DNA of 36,289 nucleotides from Chrysochromulina tobinii (lineage: Eukaryota): positions 1-36,289 of the forward strand of contig JWZX01003196.1 in NCBI GenBank assembly GCA_001275005.1, written 5' to 3'. Positions within the stretch are counted from its first letter, which is position 1. Each line of letters starts with the position of its first letter. A model generated the notes under the pieces. That model saw only the letters and a list, made by a program, of their open reading frames with translations. It was not told the origin of the DNA and made no database searches. A program made the translations under genes and the position numbers. Below are positions 1 to 10,213 of this stretch, in pieces.

Positions 1-708
1 ACGTACCCCGCGCTCGTGGTGCAAGCGATGCGCACACTCGCCGACCTCGTCCACGCGTGCCCTGCCGGTGTGAATGAGCCTATGAATGAGCCTATTCGGT
101 CCCCTGCCCAGCATGCATGTGCTCACCACGGCGCCCTCGCGCTTCGCCTCCAGGTGCGGACGAGCTGCTTGCCGCGCGTGTGAGCCGCCGAGAAGGAGAT
201 CGAACGTTCACAGAGCCCGCGCTCACACGCATCCTTCACACCGGGCTGCGCACCACGTCGACTGCTCTGCGCAACTGCACACGCCATCTCTTCTTCGCAA
301 CGCTTCACGGCCACCCTGCCGCACAGCTCGCGGCAGCGGCCTCGCTCTCGCACACGGCCACTTCCGCCGCCGCCGCTGCCGCTCCTTCCGCCGCCGCCGC
401 CGCGCCCAGCGCCGCTGCGCCTCGGCCGGCGGTTACTGGCGCCCACCACGACGCCCCCGGTGCGTTCCCCGGGGCATCCCCCGGTGCGTCCTTCGGCGCG
501 GAGCGCTCGTTTGCGAGCATCGCCCTGGCGGCCCTTGGAGCTGCGGCAGAGGGCCGCGGGGGCGCCATGGTGGGCGCCGACGACGATGCTCGTGCTGCTG
601 CGGGCTGGCTGGCGAGCGGCGTGCTGTGCGCACTGATGCACAGGAACCCCGACGTGCGCCGGATGCTGCTTCGGCTGCCCGCGAGCGCGCTCGACGCGCC
701 GCTGACGA

Positions 709-746
<38 letters not shown>

Positions 747-2616
747 CCGTCGGCCGCTGCCGTTTCCGAGCCTGCCTCCGAGCGGGGCGCAGTCGTGGGC
801 ACCTCCGAGCGGGGGCGCCGTCGTGGGCACCTCCGAGCGGGGCGCCGTCGTGGGCACCACCGAGGGGGGCGCCGTCGTGGGCACTACCGAGCGGAGCTCT
901 GGCGGATTGTTCCGATGGCTCGTGGCGATGACGCTGCGTCCCGCCGACCACGCGGCGACGACGACGGCGACGTCGACGAAGACCCCCTCGCCTCTCATCC
1001 GCCTCTCGTTACTTCAGACGCTCATGGCGTGGCTGCGAGGCTCAGCGGAGGCAGTCGCACAGCTGCTCGCGCCCACGACGGCGCTACCCGCGCTGCTCGA
1101 GGCGCTCGAGGCGGCGCTCGCCGAGCCCGCGGAAGACGTGCACGTGCGAGGCCATCTGGGCGCGCTGCTCGGGCTGCTGCTCGCGACAGCGCCCACCGCC
1201 TCGTTCGAGCGTCCTGTGCTCGTACGGATGGTGCGGCGCCGTCTCGGGCTCGACCGGTACGAGGCGGCCTGGGAAGGCATGAGAGCACACGGCGCCTATG
1301 AAGCCGCTCTGGACGGGCGTGAGGAATGGTGGGCTTCGGATGAGGAGACGGACGTGCTCATGCATCGCGCCGCCTCAACCCACCAGGCCCTCCTCTATGC
1401 GGACGGCCTCGCCGCCATCCTCGAGCGCACCTACGACGCCGCGCGTGTCGTCGTCTTCGAAGCTTACGCAGAGCCGACCGAGGGCGGGAATGGCGGCACC
1501 GCGACGGCGCCCGCGACGACGCGTGCGTCGCTCGCACCATCGCTCGCACTTCGCCTGGCGGCCGCTCGCGACGGCAGCTCCACGTCGGGCGACGCCGACG
1601 CTCCGCCCGACGCTCTACCCGACGCTGCCGCCGCTGCCGCCGCTGCCGCCAAGGACGATCCGGACACTCTCGCTCTCGAGTCGTTCAAGGCGCTGGTGGT
1701 GGTGCAGGATGAGACGAACCGAACCATCACGCGCGATCTCATCGGGACCGCGGCGGCGTCGGCCAGCGGCTCGCGCGTGGGCGGCGTGCCACCGGGCCCG
1801 CGACTGCTCGACCTGTGCCCGGAGCTCAAGTTCGCTATTCTCGTGCACGTGGCGGACTTTCGGCACCTGGTGCAGGCAAGTGGCACGTGCGCCGAGCTGC
1901 GCCGCCTCGCTCTCGACGACCTCCTCTGGCACCGGCTCTACGAGGCGCGCTTTGGCGATCCACCACCCTGGGCGCGCGACGCGCACGCAGCCGCCGGCTC
2001 CGCTGCCGCTGCCGCGCCCACCGCTGCAAGCGCCGCTGCTGCTTTTCGCCGCCGCCACCAGGAGGAATTGCGCGCTGCACGGGAGGCAGAGCGCTCGCGA
2101 CGTGCAGCACGCGAGGCTGCGGCAGCAGCACGCTTCCCGCCTGGCGGCATGCCGATGGGGCCATGGCCAGGCGGCGGTGACGGCATGTTCCACGGTGGAA
2201 TGCCATACGGCGGTGGCATGGTCCCTGGCATCCTCGGTGGCGACTTTGATCGCATCCCGGGCGGAGGGCTGCCACCGCCCTTCGGTCCGAACCCCTTTGG
2301 CGGCCGCGGCGGGCCATACGGCGGTGGCGGTCTGCCATTTGGCGGTGGCGGTCTGCCATTTGGCGGTGGCGGTCTACCCGCCGGCCCCGGGGGATTCCTT
2401 CCTCCGGGCGCCGTGCCGCCCGGCGCGCGGCACGATCTGATCTCGCCCCTCCTCGATCCAGATGGCATGAGTGGCATGGGCGGCGGTCTGGGCGGTGGTA
2501 TGGGCGGCAAAGGGCGTGGGCGCGGGCGAGGCGGCGGGCGGGGTGGCTTCTTCCCAACCATGCCGGGAGGCGGCGGCGGCTTCGATGGGTGGGACCCAGC
2601 GGGTGGCATGCTTTGA
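1..2616 (+). CDS. 5'-truncated gene: Uso1/p115 vesicle-tether head region running in frame into an F-box and FBXO7/PI31-like Pro/Gly-rich tail; intron 68-153, +1 frameshift near 811-815
   Basis: Exon 1-67 (TYPALVVQAMRTLADLVHACP) splices into ORF 117..1301 (WLASGVLCALMHRNPDVRRMLLRL), then ORF 823..2616 (LLQTLMAWLRGSAEAVAQLL...HVRGHLGALLGLLL...MVRRRLGLDRY), matching the order of p115/Uso1 head motifs. F-box LLDLCPELKFAILVHV...TCAELRRLALDDLLWHRLYEARF at ~1804-1956; GILGGDFDRIP and PPGARHDLISP motifs downstream. Confidence 0.7.
68..153 (+). other. GT-AG intron (phase 1)
   Basis: Starts gtgtga, ends ctccag; removal joins ...CPA-G to GADELLAAR in frame. Contains a 12-bp tandem duplication (tgaatgagccta x2). 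Confidence 0.7.
775..894 (+). repeat. 27-bp coding minisatellite (~4.5 copies, SERGAVVGT)
   Basis: Unit cctccgagcggggcgccgtcgtgggca; copy 2 has five G (811-815) instead of four, which shifts the frame. Confidence 0.9.
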
Positions 2617-3414
2617 TCGTCGTTTCGTCGTGGCAATGGCTGTGATCAAGGGGAGGCGGCTTAACACTTCCCGATACGTCGCCAGCCTGGTGGCTGGGGC
2701 GCACATACCTCGGCACAAACTCGGTTGGTGCGCATCGATCATAATGCGCAAAGCGGGCCCGGCTGATACTCGTCGAACTGAAGAGCGTCTGTTCGGTGCC
2801 AGTGTGTCTCCCATGGCTGGGGTCGGTGGTCCCGCGGCGGTTGAGGCGGAAGCGCAAACGCGTGGCCTGGCCTGGCACAGTGTGCCGTGCGTAACGTGTT
2901 GTCCGATGTGTGCCGATGGCGATGCGGACGCACTATGGCGGGGGATTCCGGTGCACTGCCGGGGGGGCGGGTTCGCGGATGCCGGATCGGATTTTTGCGT
3001 GGCGGTCGGCAAGCGGCCGCCCACAGAGTCTCTGCACAGTTTGGCGAGTGGGCCGTGCCCGCCGGTGCGCGGTGGGCCCCTCGCCCCTTGTCCTGTCGCT
3101 CGATCCTGCCGCACCGAACGCGAACCGCCGATTCCGCCGAGACCCGAGTTACACTTACAGAAGTACACGGTTTTAGTGTGATGTAAGTGTGATGCTGTCG
3201 GACAGTCCTCAGGGTCAGGCGGAGGGACCGGTGATTGATTCAAACTTGGAAACTAGGGCACCCGGCCTTGCGCTTACACGGCTCGTAATCAGCTGATTAA
3301 GCAGCACGGATGTACTGTATGCGCACAGAGCGCAGAACGAAACGCTGTTTTGGCGAAGAGTGGCGGTCCGCCAATTCGCTGGAGGAGTCGACCATCGGCG
3401 TGGCGGAAGGCTGC

Positions 3415-4768
3415 ATGCCTCCTGCTCAAGAAAAGAAGGCCGCAGGTTCAGGAGCTCAGTCCACCGGCGGCTCGGCGGCACAAGATGGCGCACAGGACGG
3501 GGTGAGAAGCGTGCCGCCGCAGTGCCCTCCGCCCTGTGCATGAGCAGCCATGCACGCACGCGCGCCACAGCATGATCACGACGGCACAACTGGTTGAGCG
3601 ATCCGATGTTCCCGACTTGTGTGCGCAGGGCGATGAGTCTCGTCATCCTGCAATCCGAGGTGCAGGTGGCTCTCGTGGCAGTGCACAGGTGATTGCTGCG
3701 AATGCAGAGGCGGAGACTGGAGATGAGGAGGGTGTCACGCTCTCCGAGTTCAATCGGTGGTTGATTCATGAGGACAACTGGACGAGTGCAGAGGAGGTGC
3801 GCGAGCATTATCAGGAGGGGTCGCAGCAGCGCAAAGAGAGGGACGAGACCCATCGCGAGCGTGGAATGGAGCGACAGGCTCAGTCCATCGAACAAATGAA
3901 GCTTGCTAAAGGAAAGGTTGAGGAGCACCGCCAGAAAAACTTGGAACAGGGCAAGCAGGTGCGTGAGAAGGTGGCTGATTGGAATCGTGATGCGTACGAG
4001 GAACGCGAGGCGCACAAAAAGATCGCGCTCGCGTTGAAAAAGCAGATGAATTCCGCAGTGCGCACTAAGGAGGAGATGGACGCGTTGCTCAGCATGAAGA
4101 AGAAACTTGGCGAGGTGGTGAAGGCGGAGGATGCGAAGATCAGTGAGGCGGCCAAATCGCAGCGCGAGGAATTCCTCAAGATCAACAAGGCTCAGGTCGA
4201 GAAAGTGAAGAAGGAAACGGCAGACCAGGTGACCGAGGACGCAAAGCGCTTTTTCTTCGAGAAGCGCAAGTCTAGCGTGTCGACGATCAAGAGCGAAGAG
4301 AAGACTTGGGAGGAGGCGCGGAAAAAGGCGAGTGCCGACTTCAAGGATAAGGTTGCCCTGCTAAAGGCGAAGTCAAAATCGATCGAAGCGTCTGCGCGCG
4401 GGTCACGCAAGACGTTGCAATCGCAAAGAGCACGCGAAGCGGCCGAGATGCGAAAGCTCAAAGCAGAGCAGGCGCAATCTTTCCGGGCGGCCCAGGAGGA
4501 GCATGCCGCAACGACAAAGCAAACGGTCTACGCGGCCGTGAACCAAAAATTTGTGCAGCCGCAATCCTCGCGGCGTATGTTGCAGCATCCACACTATGCG
4601 GAGGTGACAGCAGTCGTCACCGACATCACGAGCACGATCAGCAAGGAGATCGCTCAGAGTCCACGGTGGCGACCACCGTCGGCTGCAGGTGCGGCGGCAG
4701 CCCTGGTGAGCGGAATCAAGCCGGCGGCGCTGCGCATGGCGACAAGTGCTGGAGGAACACGCAAATGA
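3415..4768 (+). CDS. Coiled-coil protein (K/E/R/A-rich, possibly flagellar/cytoskeletal); intron 3502-3628
   Basis: MPPAQEKK...AQDG (ORF 3310..3543) joins in frame to GDESRHP... (ORF 3536..4768) across gtgaga...gcgcag; long charged helical region. The ATG at 3310 is an alternative start. Confidence 0.75.
3502..3628 (+). other. GT-AG intron (phase 0)
   Basis: gtgaga donor, tgtgcgcag acceptor; restores a continuous reading frame between two ORFs. Confidence 0.75.
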
Positions 4769-5230
4769 GCACTCTACAGGCGACCGATAGGAGTACAAAG
4801 GCGACCGACAAGCAGTACAACAGTTTTTTGCTTCTCTGTAGTCATCTCGCTAGGTGGCCGTGTGTGGTCTGTGGTGCGAGGCCGAGGGTGTGCCGTGCGA
4901 TGCGTGCGGGCTCTCGTCGGGGCGTGCTCGGCTCTGTTGGGCATGGGGCGGGGTAAGATCGCGTGTGATCGCATGTGTACAAGTTGTCGTGGATAGCGTG
5001 CCGCCGTACCCCTGGCGCGGCGGCCGGCGCGGTAGGAGGCGCCGCGCGGTGGCGGGTGGGGACGCAGCGACGCACACCCCGCGGGTACCCACGTCGAGAG
5101 AGATTTGTAACTGAACAAGCTACCCACGCGTCGACATAACTCATCGTGCGAATACCGCCTCTTTGATACCGTTAGACGCATATCCTCAGATGAGATACAA
5201 GAGATCGTGAGAGTCGTCGGTTTCTGAGGC

Positions 5231-5290
5231 CTGTAGAGGTCTGTAGAGGTCTGTAGAGGTCTGTAGAGGTCTGTAGAGGTCTGTAGAGGT
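5231..5290. repeat. 10-bp tandem repeat (ctgtagaggt) x6
   Basis: Six exact copies, with a degenerate copy (ctgtcgaggt) at ~5326. Confidence 0.97.
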
Positions 5291-5544
5291 GCCTCTTTCT
5301 GAGCGTAGACGGTAGTAAGAGTGGTCTGTCGAGGTCTCGTAGAGAGACTCTTAAGTGCCACTTACGTGCCCCCCTGCCCGCGATCCTGTGCAAAACACGT
5401 CTGCCGCGCTAGCCGGCTCGTGATGAGGGTGGTTTCATTGTATCAAGACTTGAAAGCGCACGACTTCCCAGAGTTACCGGTACCGGTACTGTACTACATG
5501 TTGTTCACCGGCAGACCGTCACGACCGTCGCATTTCAGTGAATC

Positions 5545-7359
5545 ATGGGTTTCTTCGTGTCTCTCCCCAGTCGAGCAACAACCGGAACGCACCGTGCGGC
5601 ACCGCAAAGAGTGGAGATGACGCCTGAGCAAAGAGCCAAACAGCAATTTGAAATCTTCATGACTCGTGTTGGTCTCCCTCAGACGCCTGAGTTCATCGCC
5701 CAACAGGCGCATCTTCGAGAGACTCGGGAGAAAAAACACGCGGCAATAGCCCTCACGCGCCAATTGCAAATGGACGTCCCTTCTAAGAGCCAAGTCAAGC
5801 TCAAGATGCATCCTCAGCCAGAAACTGGAACACAGGTCCATTCCATGACCTGGGCATGGGCGACGACGGACAAGCAGGCCATTCGGTCAAAGTCATCAGT
5901 ACGACAGCATCGGCTGCCACCACGTCTCGCCGAATCGACCCACTCGGCCGAATCCGGTGGTTCACATCTGGCCACGCCGTGCTCCATGACGGATGCGTCA
6001 CGCTCTGAGCCATCCACTCCACGCTCGGCACCATCCGCAACATCCTCGCCACGCTCTGCACCATCCGCAACATCCGCAACATCCTCGACGCGCTCTGCAC
6101 CGCCAACGCCTCGATCGGTTGCATCATGCTCGCCTCGTCAACTCGACATGGCCAAGGCCACTTTGCGACATGCTTCTGGCGTCAAGCACAAGGAACTGCA
6201 GGAGAAGATTTTGCTGCAGCGTGGCGTGGTCTCGGCGCCCGGCGGCTTCGCGATCTCGGCGATCGGGGAGGTGGCGCAGCTAGACTTCGCCGTTCAGCGA
6301 CGCATCAGGGGGCTTCTTCCCGGATATCACGTGACGCATTCAGCGGTGAAGGATGGCGACGACAAGTCAGCCGACGGACCCGTCGGCCGAGTGGTGGCGC
6401 ACCAACCGTTTCTCGAAATCCGCGACAGCCATGGTCACGTGCTAGAGCACGCACCGCTTGCAGTGCGACCGCCTCCCTCTGTGCTGCCCACTCGCGGGCG
6501 GATGACTTGGATAAGTGGGGCGGGCTCTGTTCCTTTGACGCAAGCGCGCGTACGTCCACCGTGTTGTACAATTACCATCGAGTGCGCCCTTGCGCTTATG
6601 GACTGTGTGCGGACCACGACGACGTGGAGGGCACTGGCAGACGTGAAGGGTGCTACGGGCGTGACGATGCGAGACGTTGCCACCCACTTCTTGCGCCCGT
6701 GGACTCAGGGCACGGGGTGTTCCATCGCTTTGTTGCTCTTAGCGCTAGACGGTGGTGACGTCTATGACCCGCCACCTTTGAAGCCAGCTGATGCCTTCGT
6801 GTCATTCGCATGGGACGGCGCTGTAAGCGACTTTTTGGAAAGCTTGCATCAAATGGCTCGAGTCGTGCCACTGAGCACTCGGATCTGGGTGAGCTGCTTC
6901 AGTCTCTACTTGCCCGAAGACGCGGTAGTCGGGAGCTTGATGCATGCCGAGCAGATCGATGCCGCGTCAACCGTGATCGAGTCACGACCACGCCTCGGTC
7001 TATTCGTGGTGCACTCGAGTGCTGTCAACGTTTACTCAAGGCTGTGGGTTTTATACGAGCTGTGGTTTGCGCAACAGCTCAAGGTCAAATGCCAGGGTCT
7101 GATCGACGCGACGCGTTGGCCGGCTGAGCTGTTTTCGCTCGAGGCAGCCGCCATCGACAAGGCTCTTGAGACACTCGCTGGCGTATCGCGTTGGCAGGAC
7201 CGTGTGTTCCTGTTGCGCAATCGTCTCGCGAATGTCGAGCTCTCTGCGGTGGCGCAATCGGCGAGGACCTTCTTCGAGCAGACCCTTGAGGATCTCCGAG
7301 CGTCGCATGCACCGATGGACTTGGGACGCACGGGAAAAGAGATGATGGCCGCCGGATGA
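5545..7359 (+). CDS. Protein with disordered N-terminus and C-terminal TIR/HET-like domain
   Basis: 604-aa ORF (start may be ATG 5617). Motifs TMRDVATHFLRPWTQGTGCSIALL, ADAFVSFAW, IWVSCFSLY and YSRLWVLYEL follow the FVSHxW...W...RxWCxxE pattern of TIR/HET-related protist domains. Confidence 0.65.
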   Translation: MGFFVSLPSRATTGTHRAAPQRVEMTPEQRAKQQFEIFMTRVGLPQTPEFIAQQAHLRETREKKHAAIALTRQLQMDVPSKSQVKLKMHPQPETGTQVHSMTWAWATTDKQAIRSKSSVRQHRLPPRLAESTHSAESGGSHLATPCSMTDASRSEPSTPRSAPSATSSPRSAPSATSATSSTRSAPPTPRSVASCSPRQLDMAKATLRHASGVKHKELQEKILLQRGVVSAPGGFAISAIGEVAQLDFAVQRRIRGLLPGYHVTHSAVKDGDDKSADGPVGRVVAHQPFLEIRDSHGHVLEHAPLAVRPPPSVLPTRGRMTWISGAGSVPLTQARVRPPCCTITIECALALMDCVRTTTTWRALADVKGATGVTMRDVATHFLRPWTQGTGCSIALLLLALDGGDVYDPPPLKPADAFVSFAWDGAVSDFLESLHQMARVVPLSTRIWVSCFSLYLPEDAVVGSLMHAEQIDAASTVIESRPRLGLFVVHSSAVNVYSRLWVLYELWFAQQLKVKCQGLIDATRWPAELFSLEAAAIDKALETLAGVSRWQDRVFLLRNRLANVELSAVAQSARTFFEQTLEDLRASHAPMDLGRTGKEMMAAG

Positions 7360-7915
7360 GAACGGCCGGGTATAGCACAGCGCGCGCGCGCTGTCGCATT
7401 TCGCGCCTCGTTTAGAGGATGTTGATCTCGGCCTCGGGTTCAAGCGGATCAGGGCGGGGGCGGATCGACACAGCCTTAGAATGCTCCTCCTGTGCATTGC
7501 CCCCGTGCCGCGCCGACCCGCCCGGAACTGCGTGTCGTGCACAACCTCTCCGCTCTCGCCACGGCCACGCGAACCGGCTACCGCGACAGCCCCATCCCGT
7601 CGGCGTCGGCGGCCTTCCCGGCGCTTTATCATTTTACGTTATCTTCCGTTCAAGGGAGCTCCAGGTCGCCACCGATTCGATTCGATTACACGCCCTCCAC
7701 CGCCGCGCGGGCGCGCGCTGGCGGCTCCGCGCCTCCCCCGCGCGGCCGGGCGGATGCGGAAGTTATCGGATTTGTCGGGATCTGAACAAAACACTCTCAC
7801 TCAATTTATCTGACTATTCAGTAAAGCTCTAGGAAGGAGGGGGATCGGGGCGACGGGGGTTCGGTTCCGTACGTTCGACGTCCGAGCGTCCCGAGCGCGT
7901 ACGGCCGTCCGAACG

Positions 7916-9136
7916 TCATGTCTTCAGCTTGGCCTTTTCTTTCCTGTGCTGCGCCTTGCTCTTCTTCGGATCCTTCCACGCTTGCAGCTGATTGTGCGGG
8001 TCGAGCTCCTTGAGGTTGGTCTTCTTCTTGACGATCTGGATGACGTCTTCATCGTGTAACGTGTGCTTGAGTCCGACGCGCTGCGGAGTGTGCTTGACAC
8101 TCGAGCCCCAGATCATTGCGTAGTCGAAAGCGACGAGCAGCGATTTGTGCACCTGCTTGCACGCGGCCTCGACCGTGCAGCCGTGGCGCCCATGGGTGAG
8201 CACGAGCGGGTCATCGAAGTCGGGCTTCACGCCTTGCTTCTTCGTGTAGACGCGTGTCAAGCCGAGGTACTCCCAGAGCTTCTCCTTGAAGGCTTCGTGG
8301 TTGAGGCCCATCTGACATGAGAGCACCATCGTGTGGGGCATCGAGCACACGCGCTCGCACTCTTCGATCGAGGTCATGTCGATCTTGTTGTACACGTACA
8401 GGCAGCGGACATACTTGCGGTTCCCCTCAATGATGTCGATAAACTGGTCGATTGTGCAGTCCTCGCGGAACAAGACCTCAGCCGAGTGGATCTTGTACTC
8501 GTGCAGGAGCTGCTTCACGTCCGTCTCGGTAATGTTGACCAGCTGGCACGAGGCGGAGATGGAGACATTGCCGTCCTTCTTGCGCTTGAAGTACACATTC
8601 GGCGGCCGTTGGTTGAGCCGGATGCCGACGACGTCAAGCTCGTGCTCGAGCAGCTGCCGCTGGCGGTCCGCCTTCCCAGAGCCCGCGTCGACCACCAAGA
8701 GGATGAGGTCGCACGACTTGGCGACGCCGATGACCTGCCGGCCGCGGCCCTTGCCTTCAGAAGCGCCCTCGATGATCCCCGGCAAGTCGAGCAGCTGTAT
8801 CCTCGTATTCTTGTAGTCGATGATTCCCGGGATGCACGTAAGTGTTGTGAACTCATATGAGGCCGCTTCCGACTTTGTCGCGGTGAATGTGCTCAGGATG
8901 GTCGACTTACCAACGGACGGAAAGCCTATCAGCGCCACGCGCGCGTCGCCGACCTTCTCGACATCGAACCCCGTGCCTTCCTGTGGTCCACCCGTCTTTG
9001 GACCCGCGAGCAGCTCGGTGCGGTACTTTGCGAGCTTCGCCCTGAGCGAGCACAGGTGGCTCATCGTCGCTTTGTTGATCTGCGTACGCGAGATCTCCTT
9101 CTCAATGTCCTTGATCTTCTCGACAAGCGTCGACAT
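7916..9136 (-). CDS. DRG2: Developmentally regulated GTP-binding protein 2 (OBG family GTPase with TGS domain)
   Basis: MSTLVEKIKDIEKEISRTQINKAT, GFDVEKVGDARVALIGFPSVGKST, YEFTTLTCIPG, DLPGIIEGASEGKGRGRQVI, NKID, WGSSVKHTPQRVGLKHTLHDEDVIQIVKK; intronless; first ATG at 9136. Confidence 0.95.
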   Translation of the reverse strand: MSTLVEKIKDIEKEISRTQINKATMSHLCSLRAKLAKYRTELLAGPKTGGPQEGTGFDVEKVGDARVALIGFPSVGKSTILSTFTATKSEAASYEFTTLTCIPGIIDYKNTRIQLLDLPGIIEGASEGKGRGRQVIGVAKSCDLILLVVDAGSGKADRQRQLLEHELDVVGIRLNQRPPNVYFKRKKDGNVSISASCQLVNITETDVKQLLHEYKIHSAEVLFREDCTIDQFIDIIEGNRKYVRCLYVYNKIDMTSIEECERVCSMPHTMVLSCQMGLNHEAFKEKLWEYLGLTRVYTKKQGVKPDFDDPLVLTHGRHGCTVEAACKQVHKSLLVAFDYAMIWGSSVKHTPQRVGLKHTLHDEDVIQIVKKKTNLKELDPHNQLQAWKDPKKSKAQHRKEKAKLKT

Positions 9137-9390
9137 ATCTGCGTCGAATTGCCGTAAGGACTCGCGCGCGCGGCGCACGTCTTCTTGCAGATCTGCCACA
9201 CGATCGGAGCCTCACACAAGTCCGCAAAGTCAACACTTCTGTGAACGTGTAATTGGAATCACATCTGAAACATATTAATCCCGAACCGCCTGTGCAGACT
9301 TCTATCGAGACCGCTTTTCTATGTAATAAGTTCTGCAATCTCTCTCCACTATCCGACCAGGTGCTCGCCGTCCGGCTCCCGGCTGGCCGT

Positions 9391-10082
9391 ATGTTGAGCA
9401 TGGGCGAGGGCGAATGGGATTGGCCCGAGGAGAAGCCGATCGCCAGCACATACTACAACACGGCGGTCTGCGGCGTCCCGCCACCGCCAAAGATTTTGGC
9501 AACGGAAACGGTCGATGAGGACGACGTGTCCAAGCGGATTACGATGGTTCGCAATTACTCCTGGTCGGATGACACCAACTACATCCGCATCTACGTGCCA
9601 GTGCCAGGTGTGTCGAGCGAGGGCGTGGCGGTCTACATCGAGGAGGACAGCATCAAGGTCCACGCCATGACTCCTGAGCATGGCCAGTTCACCATGGCAC
9701 TCAATCGGCTGTATGACAAGGTGGACGTTAGTCAGGTGTGCGCTGCACGCGCGTTGTTGCACTCTCAAACTCGACGCCACGGCAACGCTGCGGCGTGTGT
9801 CTCGAAGCGTGCGTCGCCGGTTGCGTGTGCCCACAGTCAACCTACAAAGTTCAAGGGCGCAAGGAGAGGGTCATCATCGCGCTGGCCAAATTCCCGCCGC
9901 CCGGCTACGGCGACGATTCGTACGTCAACTTCAAGCCATGGTACAAGCTGCATCATGGAACCACGGACAATATCGACGTGGTGCAGCAGTTCGAAGATGC
10001 GCGGCTGCAGCGCGGCGTGAGGATGAACGAGGCGTCGACGCCCAAAATGCCCACGACGCCAACGACGAATAGTAGGAAATAG
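9391..10082 (+). CDS. CS (p23/HSP20-like) domain protein, CacyBP/SIP-like; intron 9736-9836
   Basis: NYSWSDDTNYIRIYVPVPGV...LNRLYDKVDVSQ joined to STYKVQGRKERVIIALAK...W across gtgtgc...ccacag; start ATG 9391 or 9400. Confidence 0.8.
9736..9836 (+). other. GT-AG intron (phase 0)
   Basis: CAG|gtgtgc donor and ccacag acceptor; completes the CS domain. Confidence 0.85.
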
Positions 10083-10213
10083 GTAGGTGATGTTGGTGCT
10101 GCGTCACACTAAATTAGGACATCTGTGCGTTTTGCGAACCTTCTCGCGAAATATGATTTCTTCCACAAACTCATGCAAACTGCTGTGATCACAGGCCTCG
10201 TTTCTCGTTTGCA

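Noticed and set aside
2374..3243. Overlapping ORFs 2374..3243 (-), 2471..3181 (+) and 1835..2878 (-)
   Set aside because: No recognisable motifs; long stop-free frames are expected in GC-rich DNA and they overlap a better-supported gene.
4774..5361. 195-aa ORF with LQTSTDLYRP repeats
   Set aside because: Its repeats are simply the translation of the 10-bp array; there is no other coding evidence.
7360..7915. RNA gene or small ORF between the convergent TIR-like and DRG2 genes
   Set aside because: No tRNA or snRNA hallmark and no protein motif is visible by eye.
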